64,000 nt of DNA from Steroidobacteraceae bacterium (GTDB lineage Bacteria > Pseudomonadota > Gammaproteobacteria > Steroidobacterales > Steroidobacteraceae), in the NCBI GenBank assembly GCA_035482695.1, contig DATHQM010000054.1, positions 460-64,459 of the forward strand. Direction: 5' to 3'. Positions 17,122 through 26,244 of the stretch are shown in pieces (the first letter of the stretch is position 1; each line of letters begins with the position of its first letter). The position numbers were made by a program, and so were the translations under genes. The notes under the pieces are model-generated. The model did no database searches, had not been told where the DNA came from, and worked only from the letters and a program-made list of their open reading frames with translations.

Positions 17122-17943
17122 TCAAAACCACAGCCGCAGTCCCGCGACCCACTGCAGCTCGGACGTGCCCAGGCCCTGTGTACGGGCATCGGTAGCGGTC
17201 CCGCCGCACAGCCGCCGCCACGCGACGCCCACGTAGGGCGCGAACTCGCGGCGAATCTCGTAGCGCAACCGCACGCCCACATCCAGATCCGCGAGCCCCG
17301 AGCCGAGCTGGCGCGCGGGGTCGGCCTTCCCGTACAGGTTGGCCTCGGCCTCGGGCTGCACCACGAGCCGCGGTGTGAGCCGCAGGTCGTATTCGACCTT
17401 CACGCGTGCGGCAGTGCGACCCGCATCGCCGGCGTACGCCGTGGCCTCGACGTCGAACCAGTAGGGTGCGAGCCCCTGCACGCCGAGCGCGGCCCAGCCG
17501 CGCGGCGGCCCGTCGCCGAAATCCTCGCGCGCCCCCGCCTGCAGGCTCCACCAGCGGCTGACGATGCGATCCCAGAGCAACTCCACGCGGGCGTCCGCGG
17601 TGATTCCCTGCAGCCGCTCGCCCTCGGTGCGCAGCCACAGCTTGTCGTAGTCGCCGCCGTACCACGCCTCCCCTTCCCACACCGCGGCATCCCCACTACC
17701 GTCGTGACGCCACTCGAGCTGATCCAGCAGCACACTGCCGGTGCTCGCGGCGTCGTTCATCTGCATCACCTGCACCATGTCGGCGTTGCTCATCGGCGGC
17801 ATCGATTGCTGCGGCGGCTCGGGGGCGACATGTGGCGCGATCGCCGCTTGCTGCTGCGCCCGCGCCACGGATGCGATCGCGGCCAGGGCCGCAGCGAGCA
17901 CGGCGGCGCGCATGCGCTCAACGTGCGCCGGCCACCACCTCAT
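17122..17943 (-). CDS. copB: copper resistance protein B (outer membrane)
   Basis: Typical CopB/PcoB sequence (MQMNDAAS...LLDQLEWRHDG...WYGGDYDKLWLRTEGER...) ending in an aromatic residue (LRLWF). Start overlaps the copA stop (ATGA). Confidence 0.88.
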   Translation of the reverse strand: MRWWPAHVERMRAAVLAAALAAIASVARAQQQAAIAPHVAPEPPQQSMPPMSNADMVQVMQMNDAASTGSVLLDQLEWRHDGSGDAAVWEGEAWYGGDYDKLWLRTEGERLQGITADARVELLWDRIVSRWWSLQAGAREDFGDGPPRGWAALGVQGLAPYWFDVEATAYAGDAGRTAARVKVEYDLRLTPRLVVQPEAEANLYGKADPARQLGSGLADLDVGVRLRYEIRREFAPYVGVAWRRLCGGTATDARTQGLGTSELQWVAGLRLWF

Positions 17944-19652
17944 CCCGCGCGGTCCGTGCCCGGGCGCTCCACCACGACCTCACGGAACATGCCGGCCTCC
18001 ATGTGGTAGAGCAGATGACAATGGTAAGCCCAGCGCCCGAGCGCATCGGCAGTGACCAGGTAGCTGAGGCGCTGCGCGGGTTGCACCGTGATCGTGTGCT
18101 TGCGCACCAGGAAATCGCCATTCTCCGCCAACAGCTCGCCCCACATGCCGTGCAGGTGGATCGGGTGATTCATCATGGTGTCATTCACCAGCACCAGCCG
18201 CAGTCGCTCACCGTAATTGAAACGCAGCGGCTCGCTCGCCGAGAACTTCTGTCCGTTGAATGACCAGATGAAGCGCTGCATGTGCCCGGTGAGGTGCAGC
18301 TCGATGTCGCGAGCCGCCGCGCGCGAATCGATCGGACCGTCGAGAGTATGAAGATCGGCATAGGTGAGCACCCGGCGACCGTTGTTGCGCAGGCCGACTC
18401 CAGGATCGTCGAGCCGCGTTTGCGGCTGCAGCACCTGCATGTCGACCGTGGGCCCATAGTCCGCCGCAGCGTGCTCCCCGTCCGCGCCATCGGCCATGGA
18501 CATCGAGCTCATGTCGCGCATGCTGCCGGACATGCCCATGTCACTCATCGACAGCAGCGGGCGTGCATCGAGCCGCGGCACATCCGCCCGCAGGCCCGGC
18601 TGGGGCGCCAGCGTGCCACAGGCGTAGCCGGACCGATCGATCGCCTGCGCGAATATCGTGTATGGGCGGTCGGCCGGCGCGACGATGACATCGAGCACCT
18701 CCGCGGTGCCGATGCGGAATTCGTCGACGGAAACCGGCTCGACATCCTGGCCGTCCGCGGCCACCACCCGCAGCTTCAATCCCGGTATGCGCACGTCGAA
18801 GAACGACATCGAGGAGCCATTGATGAAACGCAGCCGTACCTCCTCGCCGCGCTGGAACAGTCCCGTCCAGTTGCCCTGAGGCGTGACGCCGTTCATCAGG
18901 TAGGTGTAGGTGTAGCCGGAGACGTCGGCGAGATCGGTCGGATCCATGCGCATGCGGGCCCACATGCCGCGCTCCGCGAGCGTCGCCGGCCAGCCGTCGC
19001 GGTGCGCATCGGCGAGCGTATCGCCGAGCGTGCGCTGTCCGTGGTTGAAATACTGAGGGTGCACCTTGAGCAGCCGGTACACGTGTTCCGGGTCCGCATC
19101 CGTCCAGTCCGACAGCAGCACGACGTAATCGCGCGCGCTGGGATGGCGCTCAGCGCCACGCGGGCTGACGATGATCGCGCCGTACAGCCCGGTCTGCTCC
19201 TGGAAGCGCGAGTGACTGTGATACCAGTACGTTCCGGACTGGTTAACGCGAAAGCGGTAGCGGTACACGCCCCCCGGCGGGATGCCGTGGAAGCTCAAGC
19301 CCGGCACCCCGTCCATGTCCGCCGGTACGATCATGCCGTGCCAGTGGATGGAGGTCGGCACCGGCAGATGATTCGCGACGCGCACTGCGACGACATCCCC
19401 TTCGCGCCAGCGCAGTACCGGTCCCGGAAGCCGCCCGTTGACGACCGTGGCGCTGCGGCGCCTGCCGGTGAGATCGACCGTCACAGTGCCGATCGCCAGC
19501 TCGAAGTCCGTCCCGCTGAGCGTCGCGGCGTCGCTGGCCGTTGCCGTCGTGACGCCAGCCACGGGAAGCAGCAGTGCGCTGCCGGCGAGCCCCTGAACGA
19601 ACTTGCGCCGCGAGACGAGGGAGGTCACGGCAGGCGCCGTCGTGCGCGTCAT
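17940..19652 (-). CDS. copA: copper resistance multicopper oxidase CopA/PcoA
   Basis: Tat signal SRRKFVQG. Copper-binding motifs HWHGM, WYHSH and HCHLLYHMEAGM. Met-rich loop MSDMGMSGSMRDMSSMSM. Confidence 0.92.
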   Translation of the reverse strand: MTRTTAPAVTSLVSRRKFVQGLAGSALLLPVAGVTTATASDAATLSGTDFELAIGTVTVDLTGRRRSATVVNGRLPGPVLRWREGDVVAVRVANHLPVPTSIHWHGMIVPADMDGVPGLSFHGIPPGGVYRYRFRVNQSGTYWYHSHSRFQEQTGLYGAIIVSPRGAERHPSARDYVVLLSDWTDADPEHVYRLLKVHPQYFNHGQRTLGDTLADAHRDGWPATLAERGMWARMRMDPTDLADVSGYTYTYLMNGVTPQGNWTGLFQRGEEVRLRFINGSSMSFFDVRIPGLKLRVVAADGQDVEPVSVDEFRIGTAEVLDVIVAPADRPYTIFAQAIDRSGYACGTLAPQPGLRADVPRLDARPLLSMSDMGMSGSMRDMSSMSMADGADGEHAAADYGPTVDMQVLQPQTRLDDPGVGLRNNGRRVLTYADLHTLDGPIDSRAAARDIELHLTGHMQRFIWSFNGQKFSASEPLRFNYGERLRLVLVNDTMMNHPIHLHGMWGELLAENGDFLVRKHTITVQPAQRLSYLVTADALGRWAYHCHLLYHMEAGMFREVVVERPGTDRAG

Positions 19653-19801
19653 TCGGATTCAGCCCCGGCTCCACGGCCTGTGTGCCGCGCATTCTGCGCC
19701 TTGCTCACTGTCGAGGGCAGTATTGTCGAACGCCGTGCATACGGAGCAAGATCGGCTGCAAGCGGCTAGCAAACACGCCGCCATGGCATGAGCCGAGCCA
19801 C

Positions 19802-20077
19802 ATGAAAGCCATCCCCTCCGTCCAGGTCGACGATCAGCGTGTGCTCGTCACCGAGTGGCGTTTTGCTCCGGGTGCCGAGACCGGCCACCACGTGCACGCG
19901 CATGACTACGTGGTCGTGCCGCTGTTAGCCGGGACGCTGCGCCTGGAGGAATCGGGGGGCGTTCGCGACGTGCATCTGCAGGCCGGCGCTTCCTACGCGC
20001 GCAAGGCTGGAGTCGCGCACAACGTCATCAACGTGAACCCTTACGAATTTCGCTTCGTCGAGATCGAATTGAAGTGA
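19802..20077 (+). CDS. cupin domain protein (91 aa)
   Basis: GHHVHAHDYVVVP...AGVAHNVIN is the two-motif cupin signature. ATG 19802. Confidence 0.75.
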   Translation: MKAIPSVQVDDQRVLVTEWRFAPGAETGHHVHAHDYVVVPLLAGTLRLEESGGVRDVHLQAGASYARKAGVAHNVINVNPYEFRFVEIELK

Positions 20078-20481
20078 CCGTGAAGCGCACTGTGCTGGCG
20101 ATTGCGGCGGGACTGCTCGTCTGGATCCTGGTCATATCGCTGCTCAACCGGGGGTTGCGCCTGGGGCTGGCGGGCTATGCGGCGGCTGAGCCCGCCATGA
20201 GCTTCACGCTCACCATGATGGCGGCGCGACTGATAATCGCGGCGCTCGCCTCGCTGATCGGCGGTGCCGCGGTCGGCTGGATTGCGCCGCGGGCGCGCGC
20301 CGCCTCGATCGTGCTCGGTGCGATCCTGGTGGCAGGATTCCTGCCGGTGCACGTGCAGCTGTGGAGCCGCTTTCCCGTCTGGTACCACCTGACGTTCCTG
20401 CTGAGCCTGCTCCCCCTGGTGGCGCTCGGGGCGCGCCTGGCTGGCTCCGCCGCAAGCCGCGGCGAGGTCATTCAGCCCTGA
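20074..20481 (+). CDS. hypothetical integral membrane protein
   Basis: Four hydrophobic helices. Start overlaps the cupin gene stop (GTGA). GC3-rich frame. Confidence 0.6.
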   Translation: MTVKRTVLAIAAGLLVWILVISLLNRGLRLGLAGYAAAEPAMSFTLTMMAARLIIAALASLIGGAAVGWIAPRARAASIVLGAILVAGFLPVHVQLWSRFPVWYHLTFLLSLLPLVALGARLAGSAASRGEVIQP

Positions 20482-20514
20482 CATCGCCGCGCAACACACT
20501 AAGCGCCGTCGGGC

Positions 20515-21687
20515 TCAGGCGAAGCTCGCCGGCGCCTCCGGCAGGCGCACTTCCGGTATGCGCGTGCGCAGCAGGTCGTGGAACTCGAGCATCCACTTCT
20601 CGATCTGCGACAGCGGCCCGGGTCGATAGCTGCTGTCGGCGATGCCGCGCTGCAGCCGCTCGCACAGACGCCGGTCCTCGCCGTTCACCTGCATGTTGAT
20701 GCGATTCCCCAGCCAGCGCATCAGACGCATCTCGCGCCGGTCGTCCGGCATGCCGAATGCCGCTCCGCGGATCAGCGCTTTTCCCGGGCCGCGCGGCAAC
20801 ACCTGGAAGAAGTCCACCTGCTCGGGCATGACGTCGATACCGAGGTTCGGCAGGCAGCTGTAGAAGCGCCAGCTGCGGCGGTTGGGCTCCGGCAGATGTG
20901 CAGCGGTGACTGCGCCCACGTACTTCTGATAGACGCGCTCGCTCCAGCGCGACGAGGGCGCCTCGCGCATCCAGCTGAAGCCGCGCGCGATGCCCGGCAC
21001 GCCGCGCTGGTCCTCGTAATCGGGCGTGAACAGGCGGTTCAGGCCCGGATGCCCGATCGGAACGTGATAGGACTCCAGATAGTTGTCCATCGCAATCTTC
21101 CAGTCCACGTTCCATTCCTCGAGGTAGACCGGCTGCGTCGGCACCAGGTCCTCCAGGTGATACGGCGCCAGCTCATCGAGGATCGGCGCCCAAACCTGCG
21201 ACGGCGGCGGCGGATTGCCCGCAAGACACACCCACACGAAGCCGAGCGTGATCTCCACGCGCACCGCGTTCAGCCCGTAGTCGGCGAGGTTCAGTCCCGG
21301 GAAACTGTCCCGGGCGGGCGTGGCGAGCAGCGAGCCGTCGTAACGGTAGGTCCAGCCGTGATACGGGCAGGTGATGCGGCCCGGGCAGCGGCCGGTTCCC
21401 TCGAGCAGCCGCGTACCGCGGTGCCGGCAGACGTTGTGAAATGCGCGCACCCCGCCGCCGGCATCGCGCAGCGCGATCACGCTGTCGGATCCGAGCTCGA
21501 AGGTGATGTAGTCGCCGGCGGCCGGAATCTGGCTGACGTGACAGGCAATCTGCCAGCTCGGTTTCAGGATGCGCTCGATCTCCAGGCGCGTCATCTGCGG
21601 ATGCGAGTACACCCACGCCGGCAGGCCGCGCGACTGCGTTTCGGGCACACGAGTCGGCACTGCGGTGAGGCTCGGCGGGCTGCTCAT
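20515..21687 (-). CDS. Rieske [2Fe-2S] ring-hydroxylating oxygenase alpha subunit family protein
   Basis: Rieske motif CRHRGTRL...CPYHGWTY. Catalytic-domain His motif NYLESYHVPIGH. Confidence 0.88.
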   Translation of the reverse strand: MSSPPSLTAVPTRVPETQSRGLPAWVYSHPQMTRLEIERILKPSWQIACHVSQIPAAGDYITFELGSDSVIALRDAGGGVRAFHNVCRHRGTRLLEGTGRCPGRITCPYHGWTYRYDGSLLATPARDSFPGLNLADYGLNAVRVEITLGFVWVCLAGNPPPPSQVWAPILDELAPYHLEDLVPTQPVYLEEWNVDWKIAMDNYLESYHVPIGHPGLNRLFTPDYEDQRGVPGIARGFSWMREAPSSRWSERVYQKYVGAVTAAHLPEPNRRSWRFYSCLPNLGIDVMPEQVDFFQVLPRGPGKALIRGAAFGMPDDRREMRLMRWLGNRINMQVNGEDRRLCERLQRGIADSSYRPGPLSQIEKWMLEFHDLLRTRIPEVRLPEAPASFA

Positions 21688-21898
21688 GGCAATCTCCTTC
21701 GGACGCGACCGAGCAGCTTAGCGCTGCGCGCAGGTATGGACATTTTCGATCCCATCGTAAGCATGTGCGGGGCCGAGGCGGCTGCCCGGAAGCGACAACG
21801 GATTGCTAGTATGAATCCGTATCGCGGCAAGCGCTTGATTTTAAAAATGAAACAGTTCAGCTTCGCGTCATGAAAAAGCAGCCGCAGGGGGTCGGGCT

Positions 21899-23443
21899 GT
21901 GCAAGGGGTGAACTGGGTAGCCCTGTGCGTCTTCGTGGTGCTTTTCGGCTTCGTCACGTGGCTGGGATTCGCGGCGGCCCGCTGGCGTCGGGGCGACCTC
22001 GACCTGCTGCACGAGTGGGGCCTCGGCGGGCGACGTTTCGGCACCGTCGTCACCTGGTTTCTCATCGGCGGCGACTGCTACACCGCCTACACGTTCATCG
22101 CGATCCCGGCTCTGGCGTTTGGCGCAGGCGCCGTGGGCTTCTTCGCCATGCCGTACGCCATGGTCGCGTACCCGATTCTGCTCATGCTGTTTCCGCGGCT
22201 GTGGCAGGTCTGCCAGCGAAAGGGCTATATCACCGCGGCGGATTTCGTGCGCGGGCGCTTCGGCAATCGCTGGCTGGCGCTCGCGGTGACGCTCAGCGGC
22301 ATCGTCGCAACGATGCCTTACATCGCCCTGCAGCTGGTCGGCATCCAGGTTGTCGTCGGCGCGCTCGGCATCTCCGGTACGGGATGGGCGGCGGATCTGC
22401 CGCTGATCATCGCGTTCCTCGTGCTGGCGGCGTTCACCTACTCGAGCGGACTGCGCGCGCCGGCATCCATCGCCATCGTCAAGGATGTCCTCATCTATCT
22501 CACGGCCTTCGCGGCGATCATCGTCATCCCGATCGAGTCAGGAGGCTTCGCAAAAATATTCGCAGCCGTTCCGCCCGGCAAGCTGCTGCTGGCGCCGCCC
22601 GGTCCTCATACCACCGGCTCCTACGGCGCGTACGCGACGCTCGCGCTCGGCTCGGCGCTCGCGCTGTTCCTCTATCCGCACAGCCTCACTGCGGTATTGA
22701 GCGCCAGCAGCCGTAACGCCGTGCGACGCAACGCCGCACTGCTGCCGAGCTTCACCGTGGTGCTCGGGCTGCTGGCGCTGCTCGGCTTCTTCGCGCTCGC
22801 GGCGGGAGTCGACCGGTTGCCGCAGTTCGCCGCAGGGTTCAAGCAATTCGGCAACAACTTCGCCGTACCCGCGCTGTTGCTGCATAGTTTCCCCTCCTGG
22901 TTCGTCGGGCTCGCCTTCGCGGCCATCGGCATCGGTGCACTGGTGCCCGCGGCCATCATGTCCATCGCCACGGCGAATCTCTATACCCGTAACATCCACC
23001 GCGAGTTCATCGAACCGGCGGTCAGCGAGCGCCGCGAGGCGCAGATCGCCAAGTGGGTATCGCTGCTCGTCAAGCTCGGCGCGCTGGTGTTCATCATCTT
23101 CGTGCCGACGCCATATGCGATTCAGCTGCAGCTGCTGGGGGGCATCTGGATCATCCAGACCCTGCCGGCGGTGCTGCTCGGCGCTCACACCCGCTGGTTC
23201 AACCCATGGGCGCTGCTGCTCGGCTGGGCGGTCGGCACGGGTGCCGGCACCGCCATGGCCTTTGCCGCACATCTCACCGCGGCGTATCCGCTGGCGTTCG
23301 GCGGCTATACCTTCCCGGGTTACACCGCCCTGTACACCCTCATCCTGAATCTCATCGTCGCGGCCGTGCTGACACCGCTGTGCGATGCGCTCGGTGCGAG
23401 GGTGCGCAGCGACGCGACCGTGGCGGCGGACTACCTGGCATGA
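21899..23443 (+). CDS. sodium:solute symporter (SSF) family transporter
   Basis: About 13 TM helices. N-terminal LGGRRFGTVVTWFLIGGDCYTAYTFIAIPA is typical of SSF permeases. Start codon uncertain (GTG 21899). Confidence 0.85.
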   Translation: MQGVNWVALCVFVVLFGFVTWLGFAAARWRRGDLDLLHEWGLGGRRFGTVVTWFLIGGDCYTAYTFIAIPALAFGAGAVGFFAMPYAMVAYPILLMLFPRLWQVCQRKGYITAADFVRGRFGNRWLALAVTLSGIVATMPYIALQLVGIQVVVGALGISGTGWAADLPLIIAFLVLAAFTYSSGLRAPASIAIVKDVLIYLTAFAAIIVIPIESGGFAKIFAAVPPGKLLLAPPGPHTTGSYGAYATLALGSALALFLYPHSLTAVLSASSRNAVRRNAALLPSFTVVLGLLALLGFFALAAGVDRLPQFAAGFKQFGNNFAVPALLLHSFPSWFVGLAFAAIGIGALVPAAIMSIATANLYTRNIHREFIEPAVSERREAQIAKWVSLLVKLGALVFIIFVPTPYAIQLQLLGGIWIIQTLPAVLLGAHTRWFNPWALLLGWAVGTGAGTAMAFAAHLTAAYPLAFGGYTFPGYTALYTLILNLIVAAVLTPLCDALGARVRSDATVAADYLA

Positions 23444-24171
23444 ATCCGCTCAGCATAAGGACACGCGACGGTATCTGTCCGGCTTACGTCTATCCGCCGC
23501 CCGGCGGCGGACCCTGGCCGGCGGTGCTGGTGTTCATGGACGGGCTCGGCATCCGTCCCGCCGTGCTCGAGATCGGCGAGCGCCTTGCGCGGCATGGCTA
23601 TTACGCCGTGCTGCCCGATCTTTACTACCGCTCCGGCCCGTACGCGCCGATGGATCCGCGCGCGATATTCGCCGATGCGGACCTGCGTCGTGGGCTCGCG
23701 GAGAAGTTCATGGCGCTGGCCACCCCCGCCAATGTCATGTCCGACACACAGGTCTTCCTCGATTTCCTCGGCGCACAGCCCGAGGTGCGCAGCGGCGCCA
23801 TCGGCACGACCGGTTACTGCCTGGGCGGCCTCATGTCGCTCAGCGCCGCCGGCACCTATCCCGGGCGAATCGCCGCCGCCGCTTCGTATCACGGCGGGCG
23901 GCTGGCGACCGACGCGCCCGACAGTCCACACCGGCTGGCGCCGCAAATGAAGGCCCGCATCTACGTCGCCGGCGCCAGCGACGATCCCTCGTTCCCCGCG
24001 GACATGAAACAACGTCTCGAGGCGGCGCTCACCGAGGCCGGCGTCGACCACCGCATCGAGACGTACCCGGCAAAGCATGGCTGGGTGTTTCGCGACACGC
24101 CGGCCTATGACGCGGCGGCGTGCGAGCGGCACTGGCAAACGCTGCTGGCGCTGCTCGCGTCGCAGCTCTAG
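23440..24171 (+). CDS. dienelactone hydrolase family protein
   Basis: ATG 23440 overlaps the symporter stop (ATGA). Nucleophile motif GYCLGG, then AGASDDPSFP and KHGW, typical of DLH. Confidence 0.85.
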   Translation: MNPLSIRTRDGICPAYVYPPPGGGPWPAVLVFMDGLGIRPAVLEIGERLARHGYYAVLPDLYYRSGPYAPMDPRAIFADADLRRGLAEKFMALATPANVMSDTQVFLDFLGAQPEVRSGAIGTTGYCLGGLMSLSAAGTYPGRIAAAASYHGGRLATDAPDSPHRLAPQMKARIYVAGASDDPSFPADMKQRLEAALTEAGVDHRIETYPAKHGWVFRDTPAYDAAACERHWQTLLALLASQL

Positions 24172-25289
24172 GAAATCGAAACCCCGAGCAGCGAACCCAC
24201 TCCGTAGGTGAGGGCTGCGGCGGCACAGCCGGACAGCGCCTGCCGCAACGCCGAGAACCACGGCGTGCGTCCGTTGAAAAGCGAGGTCAGCAGCCCGATG
24301 CCTGCCAGCGCGAGGAAGCTGAGTGCAATGCTCAGGGCGATCGCCTGCACGCCGCGCGCCCACAGGAACGGAACCACCGGGAAGATCGCGCCCGCGCAGA
24401 ACAGTGCAAAGGAAGTGGCGGCGGCGCTGAAGGGATTGCCGCCGAGCTCGGCCGGATCGATCCCGAGCTCCTCGCGTACCAGCGTGTCGAGCGCCGCGTG
24501 CTTGTCCTTCATGAGCTCCGCGGCGACGCGCTGCGCGTCAGCCTTCGGCAGGCCCTTCGCCTGGTAGATCAGCGCCAGCTCGTGCTGCTCGGCTTGCGGG
24601 GTCTGCTCGATCTCCTCCGCCTCCCTGGCGATCTGGCTGCTCGCCAGCTCGCGCGCGTTGGTCACCGAGAGCCACTCGCCGAGCGCCATCGAGCAGGCGC
24701 CCGCGACCAGCCCGGCGAGACCGGTGAGCAGGATGATCCGCTCGCTGCCGCCGGCTCCGGCAACGCCCATGATCAGGCAGAAGTTGGATACCAGCCCATC
24801 GTTCGCCCCCAGCACCGCCGCGCGCAGGTTGTTCCCCGAGGCGCCGCGATGCCAGGGCTCGGCACGCGCAATGTCCGTCCCGCTCACGCCGCCGGGGGCT
24901 GCGCTGCGGGCGATCTCCTGCACCACGGCCGCATGACCGCGCTCCTCGGCGGAGATCGCCTGCGCGTCGCTCTGGGTCGCGTACTTGTTGCGATCGGAAA
25001 ATTCCGCCGCCGCGATGGTCGGCATCACGAAGTGCGGACCGAAGCGCTGCGCCAGTCTGCCGAGCAGCCGCGTGCGAAAGCCCGGCACGTAGGGCTCGAT
25101 GGCGACGCCGGCCTTCGCCAGCTTCTCGCGCCACAGCGCGGCGTGACGCGCCTCCGCCTGCGCCAGCTGCAGGAACAGGTCGCGCCTCACCGGATCGGTT
25201 TCGGCCGCGGCAATGCTGGTGTAGAGCCTGGCACCGTCCAGCTCGTCGCGCAGATTCGCCTGGAAGCGCTTGATGTCGTCGGCGGCCAT
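24168..25289 (-). CDS. ferritin-like domain fused to VIT1/CCC1 transporter (MbfA-like), paralog 2
   Basis: ELDGARLYTSIA...LAQAEARHAALWREKL...ISAEERGHAAVV (two erythrin-type helix pairs). VIT1 motifs LRAAVLGANDGLVSNFCLIMGVAG and LGEWLSVTNAREL. Only 8 nt downstream of the cyclodeaminase-family gene. Confidence 0.85.
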   Translation of the reverse strand: MAADDIKRFQANLRDELDGARLYTSIAAAETDPVRRDLFLQLAQAEARHAALWREKLAKAGVAIEPYVPGFRTRLLGRLAQRFGPHFVMPTIAAAEFSDRNKYATQSDAQAISAEERGHAAVVQEIARSAAPGGVSGTDIARAEPWHRGASGNNLRAAVLGANDGLVSNFCLIMGVAGAGGSERIILLTGLAGLVAGACSMALGEWLSVTNARELASSQIAREAEEIEQTPQAEQHELALIYQAKGLPKADAQRVAAELMKDKHAALDTLVREELGIDPAELGGNPFSAAATSFALFCAGAIFPVVPFLWARGVQAIALSIALSFLALAGIGLLTSLFNGRTPWFSALRQALSGCAAAALTYGVGSLLGVSIS

Positions 25290-25297
25290 GAGGAATT

Positions 25298-26244
25298 CTA
25301 CGCCCGCGCCGCGGCGGTCACGATCAGCTGCGCTGCGGCCAGATCCTCGATGGCACTGCCCACGGACTTGAAGAGCGTCAGCTCCTGCGGCGAGCCGCGT
25401 CCGCTTACCCGCCCGAGCACCAGGTCCTGCAGCTCGCCCTCGATGTGCTCGCGGCTGATGACGCCGCGAGCGAGCGGGTCGAGGAGGTCACCCGCCTCGG
25501 CGAGCGCACCGGCGAACGTATCGACGAAGATGCGACAGCGGCGCACCACCTCGTCGTCCGTTTCCCGCATGGTGGGCGTGAAGCTGCCCACCAGGTCGAC
25601 GAATACGCCGGACCTGAGCCAGCGCCCGCACAGCAACGCCGTGGCGCTGCTGGTGGCGCAGCAGATGATGTCCGCGGTCGCGGCCGAGCGCTCGAGGGAA
25701 TCGGCGCTGTCCACGCTGATATCGGCCGCCACGCGCGAGCGGATGGCCGCCACGGTCGCCGCGACGCGCTGCGCCCGGCGTCCCCAGACGCTGATGCGGC
25801 GAATGGGTCGCACCGTGCAGTGCGCCAGGGCCATGTAGGGAGCCAGTGCGCCGGTTCCGACGATGAGCAGCTGCGAGCTGTCACGACGCGACAGGTAATC
25901 CGAGGCGAGCGCCGATGCGGCCCCGGTCCGCAGCCGCGTCACCACCGTGCCGTCGAGTATCGCCACCGGCGTGCCCTCGTCCGAGAAGACCGCGATCATC
26001 CCCTGGATCGTCGGCAGGCCGCGCGCCGGATTCTCCGGAACGATGTCAGCAGCTTCACCGCCCCGCGGCCTTGCGCGTCGAACGCCGGCATGCTGACAAA
26101 CAGCCGCTCGCCGGCGCCTCCCGGGATGTGCGCCACCTGCCGCGCGGGGGCCACGCAGGCGCTGCGAAACGCGTGGCGCAGACACTCGATCAGCTCCGGC
26201 ATGCTGGCCAGGCGGTGTGTTTGCTCCGCGTCGAGCAGCAACAT
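25298..26244 (-). pseudogene. ornithine cyclodeaminase/mu-crystallin family gene interrupted by an apparent 1-nt deletion near 26043-26048
   Basis: N-terminal 67 codons from ATG 26244 (MLLLDAEQTHRLASMPELIECLRHAF...GRGAVKLLT) are in one frame. The rest (VPENPARGLPTIQGMIAVF...TRLRTGAASALAS...IVGTGALAP...) is in another frame, running to the stop at 25298. Total length is 947 nt, not a multiple of 3. Confidence 0.7.

Noticed and set aside
17122-19652. copAB as a horizontally acquired resistance island
   Set aside because: Codon and GC usage look the same as in the flanking genes, and there are no flanking repeats or mobility genes.
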